The notes under the pieces are model-generated. The model ran no database searches, was not told the origin of the DNA, and saw only the letters and a list, made by a program, of their open reading frames with translations. Source: Podarcis melisellensis (lineage: Eukaryota). Taken from it: 64,000 nucleotides of DNA. Location of the stretch: assembly GCA_964234715.1 (NCBI GenBank), contig OZ174277.1. The stretch is one strand, 5' to 3'. Position numbers and translations under genes: made by a program. The number at the start of each line of letters is the position of its first letter. Positions within the stretch are counted from its first letter, which is position 1. This document shows, one piece after another, positions 51,821-64,000 of the stretch.

Positions 51821-51993
51821 CTTTTCTCATCCCACCAAAAGGGTCCTTATTCGGTTCGTAGGGCATTCTTCCCATCATATCGGGCATATTCATAGACTGC
51901 TGATAAGGTGCATTTGGGGTCATGGAGTTTCGCTTTGGGAATGTCGAATCACTTACATCTGAAAAGGGATCATGCACACTAATGGAACTATTT
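51821..51993 (-). CDS. ARID1B: ARID1B exon (173 nt, ~exon 15)
   Basis: ctttag|AAATAG...AAAAG|gtatat; [58 protein letters not shown]; phase 2-1. Confidence 0.96.
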
Positions 51994-52273
51994 CTAAAGA
52001 GACAGAGGAAAAGAAAGCATTAATGTCATGGAAACAGAAACACACATTGTGATACCTTATTAGATGGTGAGCCATGTAGTTCAGTGAGTTAAATTGCTCT
52101 AAAAAACTCCATCGGTTTTACACTTTTACCATTTTACTTTGACAGCCCACTTTCAAAACCCAGTTTCAAAAACATTCTAGGCATTTGTGTTTTCATATAG
52201 TAAACTGCCCTGTGATCCTCAGATGATGGGTGCTACAGAAATTTAATAATAATAATAATAATAAAGTGGCAGC

Positions 52274-52276
<3 letters not shown>

Positions 52277-52310
<34 letters not shown>

Positions 52311-52484
52311 CTTTTCATAAGTCTCCTGAAGGAATGCAAGTGATATGAGTTCCAGAGTAAAAGACTCAGCCTGCAAACTCACATGTAAGCTGAAACTAGC
52401 TAGTCTCAAGACAGAGCCTGGAGAAACCTGTATTTTGACTTCAGCAATGAGTGCAAATCTCAAGACAAAGCCTGCACACTCAAT

Positions 52485-52517
<33 letters not shown>
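52277..52517. repeat. (AC)n at 52277-52308 and (TG)n at 52488-52517, mutually complementary
   Basis: Direct observation. Confidence 0.95.
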
Positions 52518-52518
<1 letters not shown>

Positions 52519-52793
52519 CCATTATAAGAAGCTTCCTCCCACTTTACACTGAGTCCATGCAATTCATGATAGCACCCTCTTTTGCATGACTGGGCACTGG
52601 GGTCAGGATCAAACAGGGTGGGGCAAGGGATTATGGAGTTTAGATTCCATGACATGCAGTCATGTCATAGATACCAATGAGATTTCCACAACAACAATAC
52701 ATTGAATTCTGAGCCACAAGAAAACATCCCTGAAAGAAAGATCCAGCACAAAGTCCAGACAGGCTCTAAGAAAGGGGAAAGAAAATATACTAC

Positions 52794-52932
52794 CTGTTGC
52801 CCTGCAGAGGTGTCATTTGTCCATGAGGTGTAGATGCTGGTGTTGGAGGCTTGAGGTCACCTGGTACTTCAGTCATGGAATTGCTACCAGTTGACTGAGG
52901 TGTCTGTGGACCTTGAAGGGAACCCGAATTTG
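52794..52932 (-). CDS. ARID1B: ARID1B exon (139 nt, ~exon 14)
   Basis: ttccag|CAAATT...AACAG|gtagta; [47 protein letters not shown]; phase 1-2. Confidence 0.96.
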
Positions 52933-55344
52933 CTGGAATATTCAAAACAGGAGAATAAATATTAGGCATGTGGGGAAACAAATAACTATGAAACCAAGAG
53001 GGGGAGACAGAGAGCAAGTGCCCATCAATATTTTCTTTTCTCTGAATATACCTGGTGCCTGAGATGTTTTATGTTACTAAATTTCTGTCTTTTGTATATG
53101 TAAGAGATGAGTCTACTGCTTAAGCCAAGATGGTTGGGATTCAGGATGGTGGTTGAACACACCTCTAAATAATGGGTCACATTCCCTATGTCTAATCCTC
53201 TCACTGGATCACTAGATGCCTCACGAGAAACGATTAAATTAAGAGAATGCTGATCCTCCCTCATCCTACCCAAGACACCAACAAAAAAGGCAGACCTAAT
53301 CTTCTGATTAGATGACTGTTCCAAGGACCATGTCATCGCAAGTGATGCATGTAGAAGAAAAGTTCCCATTCTAATAAAGCTTAGACATGAGATGCCTTCT
53401 GCAAAGGCAGTGATCCTAATGCCTCACTATGTGTAGAACCCCAAATTACTTTTATAGTAGCCTATAAATATGGGAATTGACAGATTTCTAGTCTCTTGAG
53501 ATTACAGAATTATCCTTAGATGAATATAATAGTGTCTAAATCAGTTCTATAAATAGGTGCTATTTGAATCTTTGGGGTTTGTCCTGTCCATTTACTGCTT
53601 CCTGAAATACTGGAACCATTAGCAATGGCTATTTCTGATTCAACAAATACAGACCTGAAAAAAGCTGAGAATTCATAAACTGTTGACTAGAAAATATCAA
53701 ATACTCATCTCACACTATATTTCAACCTTTCCTCAGCTCATTAAGCATCAATTTTGCTTAGCCGTACCTTAATTCTAACTAAATTCAGTCTAAGAAACAA
53801 AAGCTAATTGTTTGTAGAACATACTTGTAACATTTACAGGAAGCACGAATATACTCTGTTTTGGGGGCAAAATAATGATCTCTCTCACAGTGTCTAGTCA
53901 TATAAATATGTCTGACATAAAAAGAGAAAGGAAAACAAGATGCCCAACTGTGAATTTGTAGGCTAGGTTTCTACCTGCTGGTTGTTGTTTTTGAAACTAC
54001 TAGCTATAATAAACAGCTGCAAAATGTGGCATGCAGTGGAAGCCATAGGCTTGAGCCTCAACTGTGAAACAGAAGAGCCAGTTCTAAGGGCCTGAGTGTA
54101 TTTCAAAGGATTTTGAAGTATTGCTTTCCAATACTTAATTTTTTTACTGATAATCTGTCTAGTCTGGAGAGGTTCAGGCCAGGCAACAACTTTACTGTGA
54201 TGATGATGATGGGGGTTTTTTTGGGTGGGGGGGACTTATCCAAATAATCAAGGTCCAACAGGGTCTGTGGAAGAAGTTTTGATGAGCATCAGGAGGACTA
54301 GAGCTCCACAGCAATCACTGAAGAGACCTTTATTTTTGGGTTCATATGGTTCTAATTTGTTGCACAGAACTAATACATCAAAGAGTGATCTCGGAGGTCA
54401 TGGTGGAACTCAGGTGCACAAGAGGTCTACAGCTTTGTTAGTCAATGGCCCCTGAATTATTGCTAAGGAAGACTGCAGGAAGTCATTGGTGTATTAGTAT
54501 TAATATTCGTTAGTCACTTGTCTCACATTGATCCGAAGCAACTTACTCTATACGCCACTACCACTTTTTGTGACATTAAAATATGTAATCAACACTTTTA
54601 AAACCAAAAAATACTTTTAAAGTAGCATGGGGGGGCAGTTTTAATTACAAATTGTTAAACTCCCTGCCTTTCCTTCTCTCAGCTCCCTACCTATCCACTC
54701 TAAACCATTAAGATACAGAGTCTACAACCAGAACCAACTGCTTTCAAAGGAATGGGCAGTCAGAGGAACATTCTCAACCCCAGCTCTACCAGAAGTAATG
54801 CTGATGCAGATATGACAGGAAAATCCATAGTGGAACTCCAAAAAAGGACGTCCATTTCACGTACCCTTACTGCAATCCCATATTCCCCTCTCAGAGAGGG
54901 GCCAGGGCCTTCAAACCCAATTAATGGAGTATCTGGTGTAACTCAAGTTAAATTTCTACAGGATATAGCATTCATGCTGCCCTTCCTGCACAAATGCACC
55001 AAGCTGCTCTCAACACGCTACGATCTTTCCAAATGCTTAAAAAAACAAAAACAAAACATTTACCCACCCCCCACCCAGGTTGGGCAAATGGAGCCCTGTG
55101 GAATCTCAGAACCAAGGGGAAGAGAAGCAGTATCCCTGCACCACATTCTGGGTTCTGTTTGTCAGGAGCAAGCAAAGCCAACTGAATATTGTGCTCCTAA
55201 TGTCTATCCCTTCAAGACAAAACAGGCTAAGAACCTTAGAAAAGCCCTGCTGCATCTAAATAATGGCTCTGATCTCACCCAGTGGCTACCCAGATTCCTA
55301 TGGTAAATTTGCAAGCACGATGAGTACAAAATGACATTTTCTAC

Positions 55345-55525
55345 TTGTGCTTCCCAGCAACTTGTATTCAGAGACACACTGTCCCCAATACTGGAGGTAA
55401 TACCCAGCCACCATGGCTAGTACCCACTGATAGGCTTTATGGTTTTGTCTAATCCCCTTTCAAAGCCAACAAGTTGGCGGCCGTTACATCTTTGTGGGGC
55501 TGTGGATGTCATTGTTTAACATGCT
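55345..55525 (-). mobile_element. CR1 LINE fragment
   Basis: Reverse-complement homology to the 44365 element (tgtctaatcccctttcaaagccaacaagttgg). Confidence 0.7.
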
Positions 55526-57462
55526 CATCATACATGACTACCTGTGAGATCTAGGCCTGATTGGATACCCATAAACATGTGCAGGTGGGGAAAAAAAGAT
55601 GTGACAAGGAATTAAGGGCTGAAAAGGAAGAAAAGACTGTGCTGAATCTATCTTTTTTTAAAAAGCAAGCAATTCTTTTTAAGTAATAAAAATCAGACAG
55701 AAGGTGACCTGAAACAAACTTAGCTACATCACCCAAAGGACAGGAGCGGGCCGAAAAGTGAGTAACAAATTCTGAATGTGGATCCTGTAATGCGTCAAAA
55801 GCTTGGGATCAACTCTTCATGGCTAGGAGTGCAATGTGGAAAGGACTGTCACCGTGCAGTGAGTAGCAGATGCACCACAGCAGCACTTGGTGAGTTGCTA
55901 GAATAGTTTCAGACATCTTTTTCATTTGCCATGCCCACCTAATCATACTATCCAGTTAATAATAAAAAGGAGAGGGGAGGGAAAGAATGAAACCTCTTCT
56001 ACTTGCCAGCAGTCTCCTGGCTATTCCCCCTCCCCCCCCAAAAAAATCAGGCTGGAAATGGGGGGGAAATGACTATAACCTCTTGGAACTTCATTAATAA
56101 GAGGCCTAACATGCTCTCTAGGATATCCCTACCTTTTGCCAGAAGCTACAAATGTATACTCTAAAGTAAACAATGGAAAGGTTACTGAAGGTTAAGTACA
56201 TTCACATACTTCAGTCTTAACAGCCAGACGCCACGCTGGGAACATAATTTACACAGCATGAACTCAGTGCCCTAATTCTGACAAGGGTGGGGGAAGCGGT
56301 GGGAGGTTTCGCAGGATGCATCACATGTCCACAGTGAATGGAGGTCAATCAAAGGGCACCTTTGTTTATAACCCAGACCCCTCTCTCATTTATCTTCCGC
56401 TGGGGATTCCCTGGTTGGCTGCATGACAGATTTTGTGACATCACCTGTCAGCTAATAATAGAAATTCAGTCAGCCACCTGCCAGCAAAGATAGATGGGTT
56501 TTTGGTTACAGACTTACTAATTAAATGACTGGCTTACACCCGCCTCCCCTCTCCTCCCGCCTCCTTGTGTTGCATCTCAGCTGCCAAGGAAACCCAGGGA
56601 GCAGCTCCTCAGTGCTCCCGGTTGTAGCAGAGTCTCAAACTTTTACGGATTTGCTATAATGAGCCCTCTGCTAACATCACAGAGGCAGGAGCCTTTGAAG
56701 TATTTGGCTCAGTTCTCTCTGACTATCTGGTGAAACAGAAAAACAACCAATAGATCCACATATCGGCCAAGGATGAGGCCGTATGAACCCCGCAGCATGC
56801 AGGGATGTTTGCAAAAGCTCATACCTTGAGGCAACACCTTGGCGAGTTCCCTTCTGATAGGATTTATTGAGTAGGAGTGAATGGCGTTTCATGAATCGCA
56901 GCAGATGCTGCACACATGCATTCAGATGGTAATGATTGGGTCAGAAATATTCTAACACAGCCCTACACACCACTTTCAAACAAGTTAGGATTGTTAGGAT
57001 CAGAGCCTTAAAATGAGGGTATCTTGGCTGATATATGATATATGAGAAAGTCTGCACTCCACTGTCTGTCTTGCTCTCTAAGTGTAACAGTCCAATTCCT
57101 CCTGACAAATTGGTGAACAATATAAAAGCCACAGGGAGAAAAAACAACCCAGAAAACATTGGCTAGAAACTTCCTTTTATGTCAAGTGGCAGAATAAGCA
57201 CTTGTAAAGCATGCACAAACAGGTAACGTGTATGAAAGTACTATGTATACATGGTTGCATTTGCTGTGGGTGGCATGATATCATCCTTTTTTTTTTTTTT
57301 TTTTGAGGGAGAAGGACGTGCCTTTACTCCTGAGATACTACAATGATATTTGGCACACATATTCAGGATAACATTCTACATTTTAAATTAGAACCACAGC
57401 TCTACTCCCTCACCTGTTTGCTGCAAATATATCAGAATTTATTTCCATTTAAAATGGGAATA

Positions 57463-57705
57463 CAGTCATACCCAAGCTACAGACACTTCAGGTTGCGTTT
57501 TTTTGGGTTATGGACCCGCCGAAACCCGGAAGTACCGGAACAGGTTACTTCCGGGTTTTGGGGCTGCGCATGTGCAGAAGCGCTAAATCGCACTTTGCAC
57601 ATGCGCAGAAGCGCCGAATTGCAACCCGCGTGTGCGCAGACACACCTCTGCGGGTTGGGAACGTGCATCCCACACAGATCCCGTTCGCAACCCGAGCGTC
57701 CACTG
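57463..57705. mobile_element. Tigger/pogo-type MITE, CpG-rich, in an ARID1B intron
   Basis: TA-CAGT...ACTG-TA ends; internal inverted repeats; many retained CpGs. Confidence 0.75.
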
Positions 57706-59041
57706 TATACGATGTGATGTACTCAATATTGTAATGAAAAATAAAGGAAACTAATTATTTTTTAAAATAATTTATTGCCACGCTCATGGCAAAGACTCAT
57801 TTGTCCATATTCTTATTATAATGAAACATATGAAAGCTAGCATGCATGTTTAGAACACCTTTCTAATTTTCAAGTTGAAATATTACAATCCTTTTTCAAA
57901 GAGCCCAGGACAGCTGTAAAATAGTGTGCTGGCATTTCACTCTTAAATACTGAACATGTAAAAACGAAACATACAATGTACATTGTAAGACACTATTATT
58001 TGGCTGAAGTTAGACCCCAAAACTACTTTCAGTGGAACGGGGGGGGGGGGGGAGAAGATTCAAAACACAGTGCAAACCAGTATCAAAAGTGAGACATTTC
58101 AAACACTAGTACTGTATGTAAAATGAAATTTAATTATATCTTAAATACAGCCAGTGAAGTGGTTAGGAGGAAACTGGAGAGCATAATTTAGTCTCATATA
58201 TAAATCCCCTTTACCACTTTCAGCAGATGCTGATGAGAAATCTGTTTGGTAATTGACTTTGTACTAGTAAAACGTAGTTCAAAGGAGTGAAAGCAGAAAC
58301 ACCGACAGGACTGTTTCCTGTTTTTAGTCGTATCTTATTCTGCTCCGAAGCCACAGCAAGTTTATCTAGCCCAACTTGCAACATGAGTTCTTTTGTGTGG
58401 TTTACAGTGCCAATGGGTTCATAAACTGTTTGAAAAGAACAAATGCTGGCAATTAGGAGACCAGTCCTTATGCATTTTGCAGAATCTATAGCTCAGCAGG
58501 ATTTCATGTGCTAAAGTTCTTTCAACTAGAAGAGTCTTTCTTGGAGTAGACCTGTTTTACATTTCCCTCTCCCACAGTAAACAATACACACCTTCCTTTT
58601 CAAGTCCCTAAGCTCTGGGGGTTTTCGGGGTGTGTGGGAAGAAGTTTCCATTTTGACCAAAGACAAGTTCTTTGAACTAAGTACAATACTGTTGATGATA
58701 TATTTTGTACTTGAAATCTGTCAGTTTCATGCCAGTAAGAGGGTATAGAGGTGTAAGGAGTGGTGATAAGAGGTAAAGAGAGGTTCAGTTGCACAGGGGT
58801 GGGGTGGGGAATCCTAACACTTATTCTTCTTGTTGTAAGTTTGTGGGTGTCAGACCCATTCTAGCCCCTGGACACAGCAAATGTTAAAATATAAGCAAGG
58901 GTAGCTTCCTGTGTTGAGGCAATCACATGGGTGATGGGCCATTGGAACAAAGGAAATGTGATAGGCCCTAAAGAGAACAGAGGAAAGGCGGCTCTGTGCC
59001 AGTCAGCAAATGGATGGGGTCCCTTCTCTACCTTTTAGATA

Positions 59042-59394
59042 GTAAAGGTAAATGGACCCCTGACCATTAGGTCCAGTCGTGGCCGACTCTGGGATTGCGG
59101 TGCTCATCTCACTTTATTGGCCGAGGGAGCCAGCGTACAGCTTCCAGGTCATGTGGCCAGCATGACTAAGCCACTTCTGGTGAACCAGAGCAGCGCACGG
59201 AAATGCTGTTTACCTTCCCGCCGGAGCGGTACCTATTTATGTACTTGCACTTTGACGTGCTTTCGAACTGCTAGGTGGGCAGGAGCAGGGACCGAGCAAC
59301 GGGAGCTCACCCCGTCGCGGGGATTCAAACCGCCGACCTTCTGATCAACAAGCCTTAGGCTCTGTGGTTTAACCCACAGCACCACCCGCATCCC
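59042..59394 (-). mobile_element. Sauria SINE, full length, intronic, sense to ARID1B
   Basis: Closely matches the reverse complement of the 24074 copy; no clear TSD. Confidence 0.93.
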
Positions 59395-59771
59395 ATTGTG
59401 AGAAGCAAAAAGTCTGAGGGCAGTTTGCTGTGATGTGACTAAGAGGAAAAAGCTGCAGGCTGGAAAGGCTGATTTCTGCTTGAATCCAAGGTTGTGTCAA
59501 TTGGAGACACAATACCGTTGTTGGTGTGGTGATGCTGTGAACCCCTCCATCGTAGGCTCAGGTTGTAAATATGTGTACATAAACCACATATCATTGAGAC
59601 ACCACAGTCTCCACTGTGCCTCATTTTCAAAAGGAAACACGAACCCTGGGTAAGCGCCTGGAATCTCACCACTTGGAGATAGGGATGGCATGCAACTGTA
59701 TCTTTTTACTTTGGTTTTCTGTCTTTCTAGAGTGTTTATATGTTGCAATAAAAGGACACTAAATTGCTATG

Positions 59772-59817
59772 ATTCCTAGTTTTTGTGAAGGAAAATTCCT
59801 AGTTTTTGTGAAGGAAA
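59772..59817. repeat. 23-bp exact tandem duplication
   Basis: attcctagtttttgtgaaggaaa x2. Confidence 0.95.
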
Positions 59818-60032
59818 AATAATACTTCTCGTCATAGCTGGAAATGAATTTTCCTATCATAATGCGCACCACATAAAAAATGGACAAGAAGGTATATTTG
59901 AAGGTATTTATGAATGGATATATGATCCCATACCAAAAAAGGCAAAATTGCTCTAGTTCAAAATATGTTAATTTGTTGCAAGTGATTTAATTAATTTAGG
60001 AAAAGAATAAACAACACTAGAACAAAAAATCT

Positions 60033-60102
60033 TAGGACACTTAAGACTAAGTTTTATTATGGCATATGCTCTTATGGGCTTGAGCCCACTTCAATAAATG
60101 AA
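60033..60102 (-). mobile_element. Penelope-like repeat remnant in an ARID1B intron
   Basis: acacttaagactaa...ttattatggcatatgct...tgggcttgagcccacttca, same family as 4885. Confidence 0.5.
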
Positions 60103-61787
60103 AGAAACGTTACCCTCAGTTGGCAGACACACATACATGCAAATACGCATGCATGGGCACAGAGGAAAAATGGTTTTTTAAAGCAGTGGTCATGTAATAT
60201 AAGGGGTTGCAGTAGGTCTGTGACATTCCTATACAGAGCCCAGATGTATATATGATAAGAACAGTATACCCCATTCATAACAGCAGCCACTGTGATAATA
60301 CTATCTTTTTACTGTAATTTAACAACTGTAGTGGGAAAGAAATCCAGAATACTGATTAAGCCCAAATTGAATAGAATCTATTTTACTGATAACATTTTGG
60401 TCCAGCAATTTCACACTGGAGCCTTTGCTTTAAGTCTTTTTTGTTGAAGGATGATAACTTTGACAATGCTGAGAGGTCAGCAGTGTAGTGACATGGGAAA
60501 ATGAAATGTTCCCCTACTGGTTTCTGAATGTTTAGATTTTTGTTGTCAGATTTGTGTCCAGTTTCTCTTGTGTAGAAACTGACCTCTTAGTTCTAAACAG
60601 ACCCTGAAAGGGAATTGTGGCAGGTGTACACACACAAACACACACACTGTTAGAATTCCTGCTCCATGATTGCAGTCATGGGATTTTTGTCTTTCACATG
60701 ACGTGGTATGTTTTGACTCCACAGAGTGGGAAGTGACAAAGACAGGATCTTTGTGTTACTGTGTCGTTTTTCTCTTTGCTGTCTGATGCTAGAGAGAGAG
60801 GGAGCCATGTTGCAGTGCTTTGTGTGTGTTTATATGTAAGTAAAGTAGATTAGCCAAAATGCTGAGTTGCTGAGGTCTGTCATGCATAATTTGCAAACTC
60901 TGTGGATCCCTAAGTATGCTGGTTTTGGTTGGCATCGGTCGCTGTGATGTTCGGGCTGAAGAAAGCTTATGAAGCTCCCGAACAATCGACCAGAAGGGAG
61001 GGAACATGCCAGTCGGGCATGTGTCTCTGCCAGGGTTCTACTCGAGTGTAGGCTGAACTCCTGACACACACACCTCACATATAAATAATACTGGAGAATG
61101 AGTAGATAAGAGCCACTGATCATATGGGCTGTTTTTAATACTATCATCTGGAAAAAAAAACCTTGGGACTGAGTACCTGTGTCAAGCTATCTGTTACTAA
61201 ACCTGGCCTCTGCATTTCTTGTAACTGTAAATAATATATTCTGAGACATTAGCAAACAACTTCTACAGTGCCAAACAGAAGCTAGCACTAGTCCTCAAAG
61301 AAAAGACGGAAGGGCTGATGCCTCTGCCACCCATCTGTGCTCTTGGTCTCTTTGTTCCTTGCCCATGTGATCTCTACCATCACAACCCTCTCACTTCCTT
61401 CTGCATCCACTAACTGCTCCCATTCCTGATTCCTCCCTGTCTTTCAACTCATCTCCCTCAATATCCTTTCCTCATTGTTCTGACATATTCATTATTGAAG
61501 CAACCATTATTCCGCCTTCCCTCAGCCCTCTATTCCTTCTTCTTCTTTTCTGCCAGCTCTCATTCACTTTCTCTGCCTTCCCCTGCTGCTTTCTCTCTCA
61601 AACTTCAACCTACTGTACGTTTTTGTTCCAGGGTCTTTCCCTCCTCTTAAAGTGCAATCTTCGTTGCCTATCACCACCAAAAATGTCACCATGTTCTGTA
61701 CAAATGATGAAGTGTAGGTGAACACACAACATATTTCTGCAAATGTCAATATGAAAGCATATAGGTTATATAGGTTGCTGAAGATTA

Positions 61788-62126
<339 letters not shown>

Positions 62127-63254
62127 CTAGCATAAATAAATAGCAGAATCAGTGGATTGCAACCAAGTGGACTGATGAAAACCAGGAGACGTTTGAAAAA
62201 ACACAGCACTTAATGCCTTGGTTTGTTTATTTTATTTGCCTCTTTTAACTAATGCTCATTACTCCCACACTCATTTGTAACACACAAACAGCATTTACAC
62301 TTATAAAACCATTAAAGAACCTGTTGATATAGCTATACAAAACACAGTATCTTCTGCCAGGCATCCCTTCTCTACTCTTTACATTTTGGGGAGGGCTGGG
62401 GCTTGTAATGTGCAGTTAGCCAATCTATCTTCCACTTAATATGTACTTATTCGCTCTGGCACGCAAACAAGTATGCAGACTCCAATTATAAACAACAGTT
62501 TCTAAAAACTAATTTAAAATGGCAATAATAAGGCCTTTTTTCACTGCTGAAGTGCTCTGACATTGATATAAAAAATTAAAATGAAAGGCCAAGTCTCTTC
62601 CAAAATAGCCACTAGCTGAAGGATCATTTAGCTAGTAATTCCTAATTCAGGTGCTGTAATGCCAGGGCTTCCTGTGATGGAGATCAGTGGTCTCTTTGCA
62701 GAACAAGATATACAGTCAAACAAGATTCAAAATGAATTATAACCAATTTTGAACATACTAAGGTGATTCAGTGAGTTTCTTTATTGAAAGCCTTACATAT
62801 GGTGGCCGACTAGAATGAATCTTGCTTTATGCCGTACGATATCAAAGCCCGTAAGTCTTAGAGCTGCACAATGACATTTTTCTGTGCTTGTGATGAGAAA
62901 GAAGTGTATACCTTGTGAATTCTTGCAAACTAAATTCCAATACTGCATATACCAGCTCTGAAACACAGGTGCATATGACAAAACAGACACTTGTGCATTT
63001 TTCACAGAAATGGTATACTGAGATGTATCGTCTATAGCTGTAGTGGAAAGACATAATTATTATTTATAGTTCTAATATCTATATGCTAGCCAAGAAAATA
63101 CTTACGCACATATGCTCAATAAATCCAGAATAGCCCTGGTTCTTAGACTTGGGTGCTGCTAACACAGCGGTCTGACTTCACCCCCAGAGGCGCACTCCAT
63201 TGTCTCTCCAGACAGATGGATGCCAACGAACACCAAGACATAAGTATTTCTTAC

Positions 63255-63464
63255 CTGTGCTAAACCTCCAATCTCCTTAACACAGACATACAGCCTGAAA
63301 AGATCTAGTGGCTTCTTGCCTACAGCAGGCAGACTGGCCACAGGCGTTCCCCTCTCTTCCATGAAGTTGAGATACCGATCCACCCACATTCTGCGCTCTG
63401 GTTCGTTTCCCAGCTCATACATTTTTGTGATCTTCTCTCCAGTTGTGGTAGACGAATTTGATTT
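63255..63464 (-). CDS. ARID1B: ARID1B internal exon (210 nt, ~human exon 12), N-terminal part of the ARID domain; gene continues beyond the window
   Basis: ctttag|AAATCA...GCACAG|gtaaga; [70 protein letters not shown]; phase 0-0. Confidence 0.97.
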
Positions 63465-64000
63465 CTAAAGCAAAAGCATTTTTTAAAAAAGCATTGGGGT
63501 AGGGGGCAAGAAGGGAAAAGATAGTAAGAAACTCACAATGGTGACAAAGAGAGGATGTTAAACTAAAGCTATCACACAACAGGCAGGAATGAAGGCTACT
63601 AGTTCAGGCACAAACAATACATTCTGTCCACATGCTGCAGTTTGCTCATCTGATTTTGTAAAACAAAGGGCCCAAACTCCCCCTTTTATGATTTTTTATG
63701 TTTTGCCCTTATACATGAACTTTGGATCTCAGAAGGCAAGTTTCTGATGATGCCTCAAGTCATTCATAACGTAGCTTCATTAAGCTATATGATATAGGAG
63801 GAAAACAAAAAAGATTGCTTGGAAATTCACCTTAAAATGAATGCCACCAGATATGAGAGTGAAGAGCTAAGGGTGGGAAACCTACACTTCTGAAGAAATC
63901 ATCGTAGAATGTAAGAGGTCAAATCAATTGCTATACCTGGCTAAAAAGTTGGTAAAAGTAAGTCAACATGGTTATTAAAAATGTTCTCACTCAATTGCAG

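Noticed and set aside
54752-55306. 184-aa + strand ORF in an intron
   Set aside because: No recognisable domain, contains low-complexity A-runs and has no splice support; likely chance.
58224-58244. CTGATGA immediately followed by GAAA (hammerhead boxes)
   Set aside because: No stem II or stem III and no UH context; chance match.

Overview
Vertebrate genomic DNA, very likely from a lacertid lizard, judged by Podarcis-type Sauria SINEs and other squamate SINE/MITE families. The right ~27 kb holds the 3' half of ARID1B (BAF250b, SWI/SNF subunit) on the minus strand. Ten coding exons between 63464 and 37985 have canonical GT-AG sites and splice in frame to 3735 nt (1244 aa + TGA), covering the ARID DNA-binding domain and the C-terminal BAF250_C/ARM region. 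The gene start lies beyond the window. The 3' UTR follows and contains a 157-N assembly gap. The left ~36 kb has no credible protein-coding gene; it is intergenic DNA with SINEs, hAT and Tigger-like MITEs, L2/CR1 fragments, Penelope-like repeat remnants, microsatellites and some CNE-like blocks. The best observation is a 117-nt frame-symmetric exon (49313-49429), not visible in the ORF track, that resembles ARID1A exon 16 and that I do not recall in canonical human ARID1B. Also notable are decayed hammerhead-ribozyme-like Penelope remnants, a perfect 29-bp palindrome and a duplicated AP-1-flanked cassette. I see no convincing evidence of a wholly new biological system. Comparisons to human proteins and repeat consensus sequences are from memory and need database checks.
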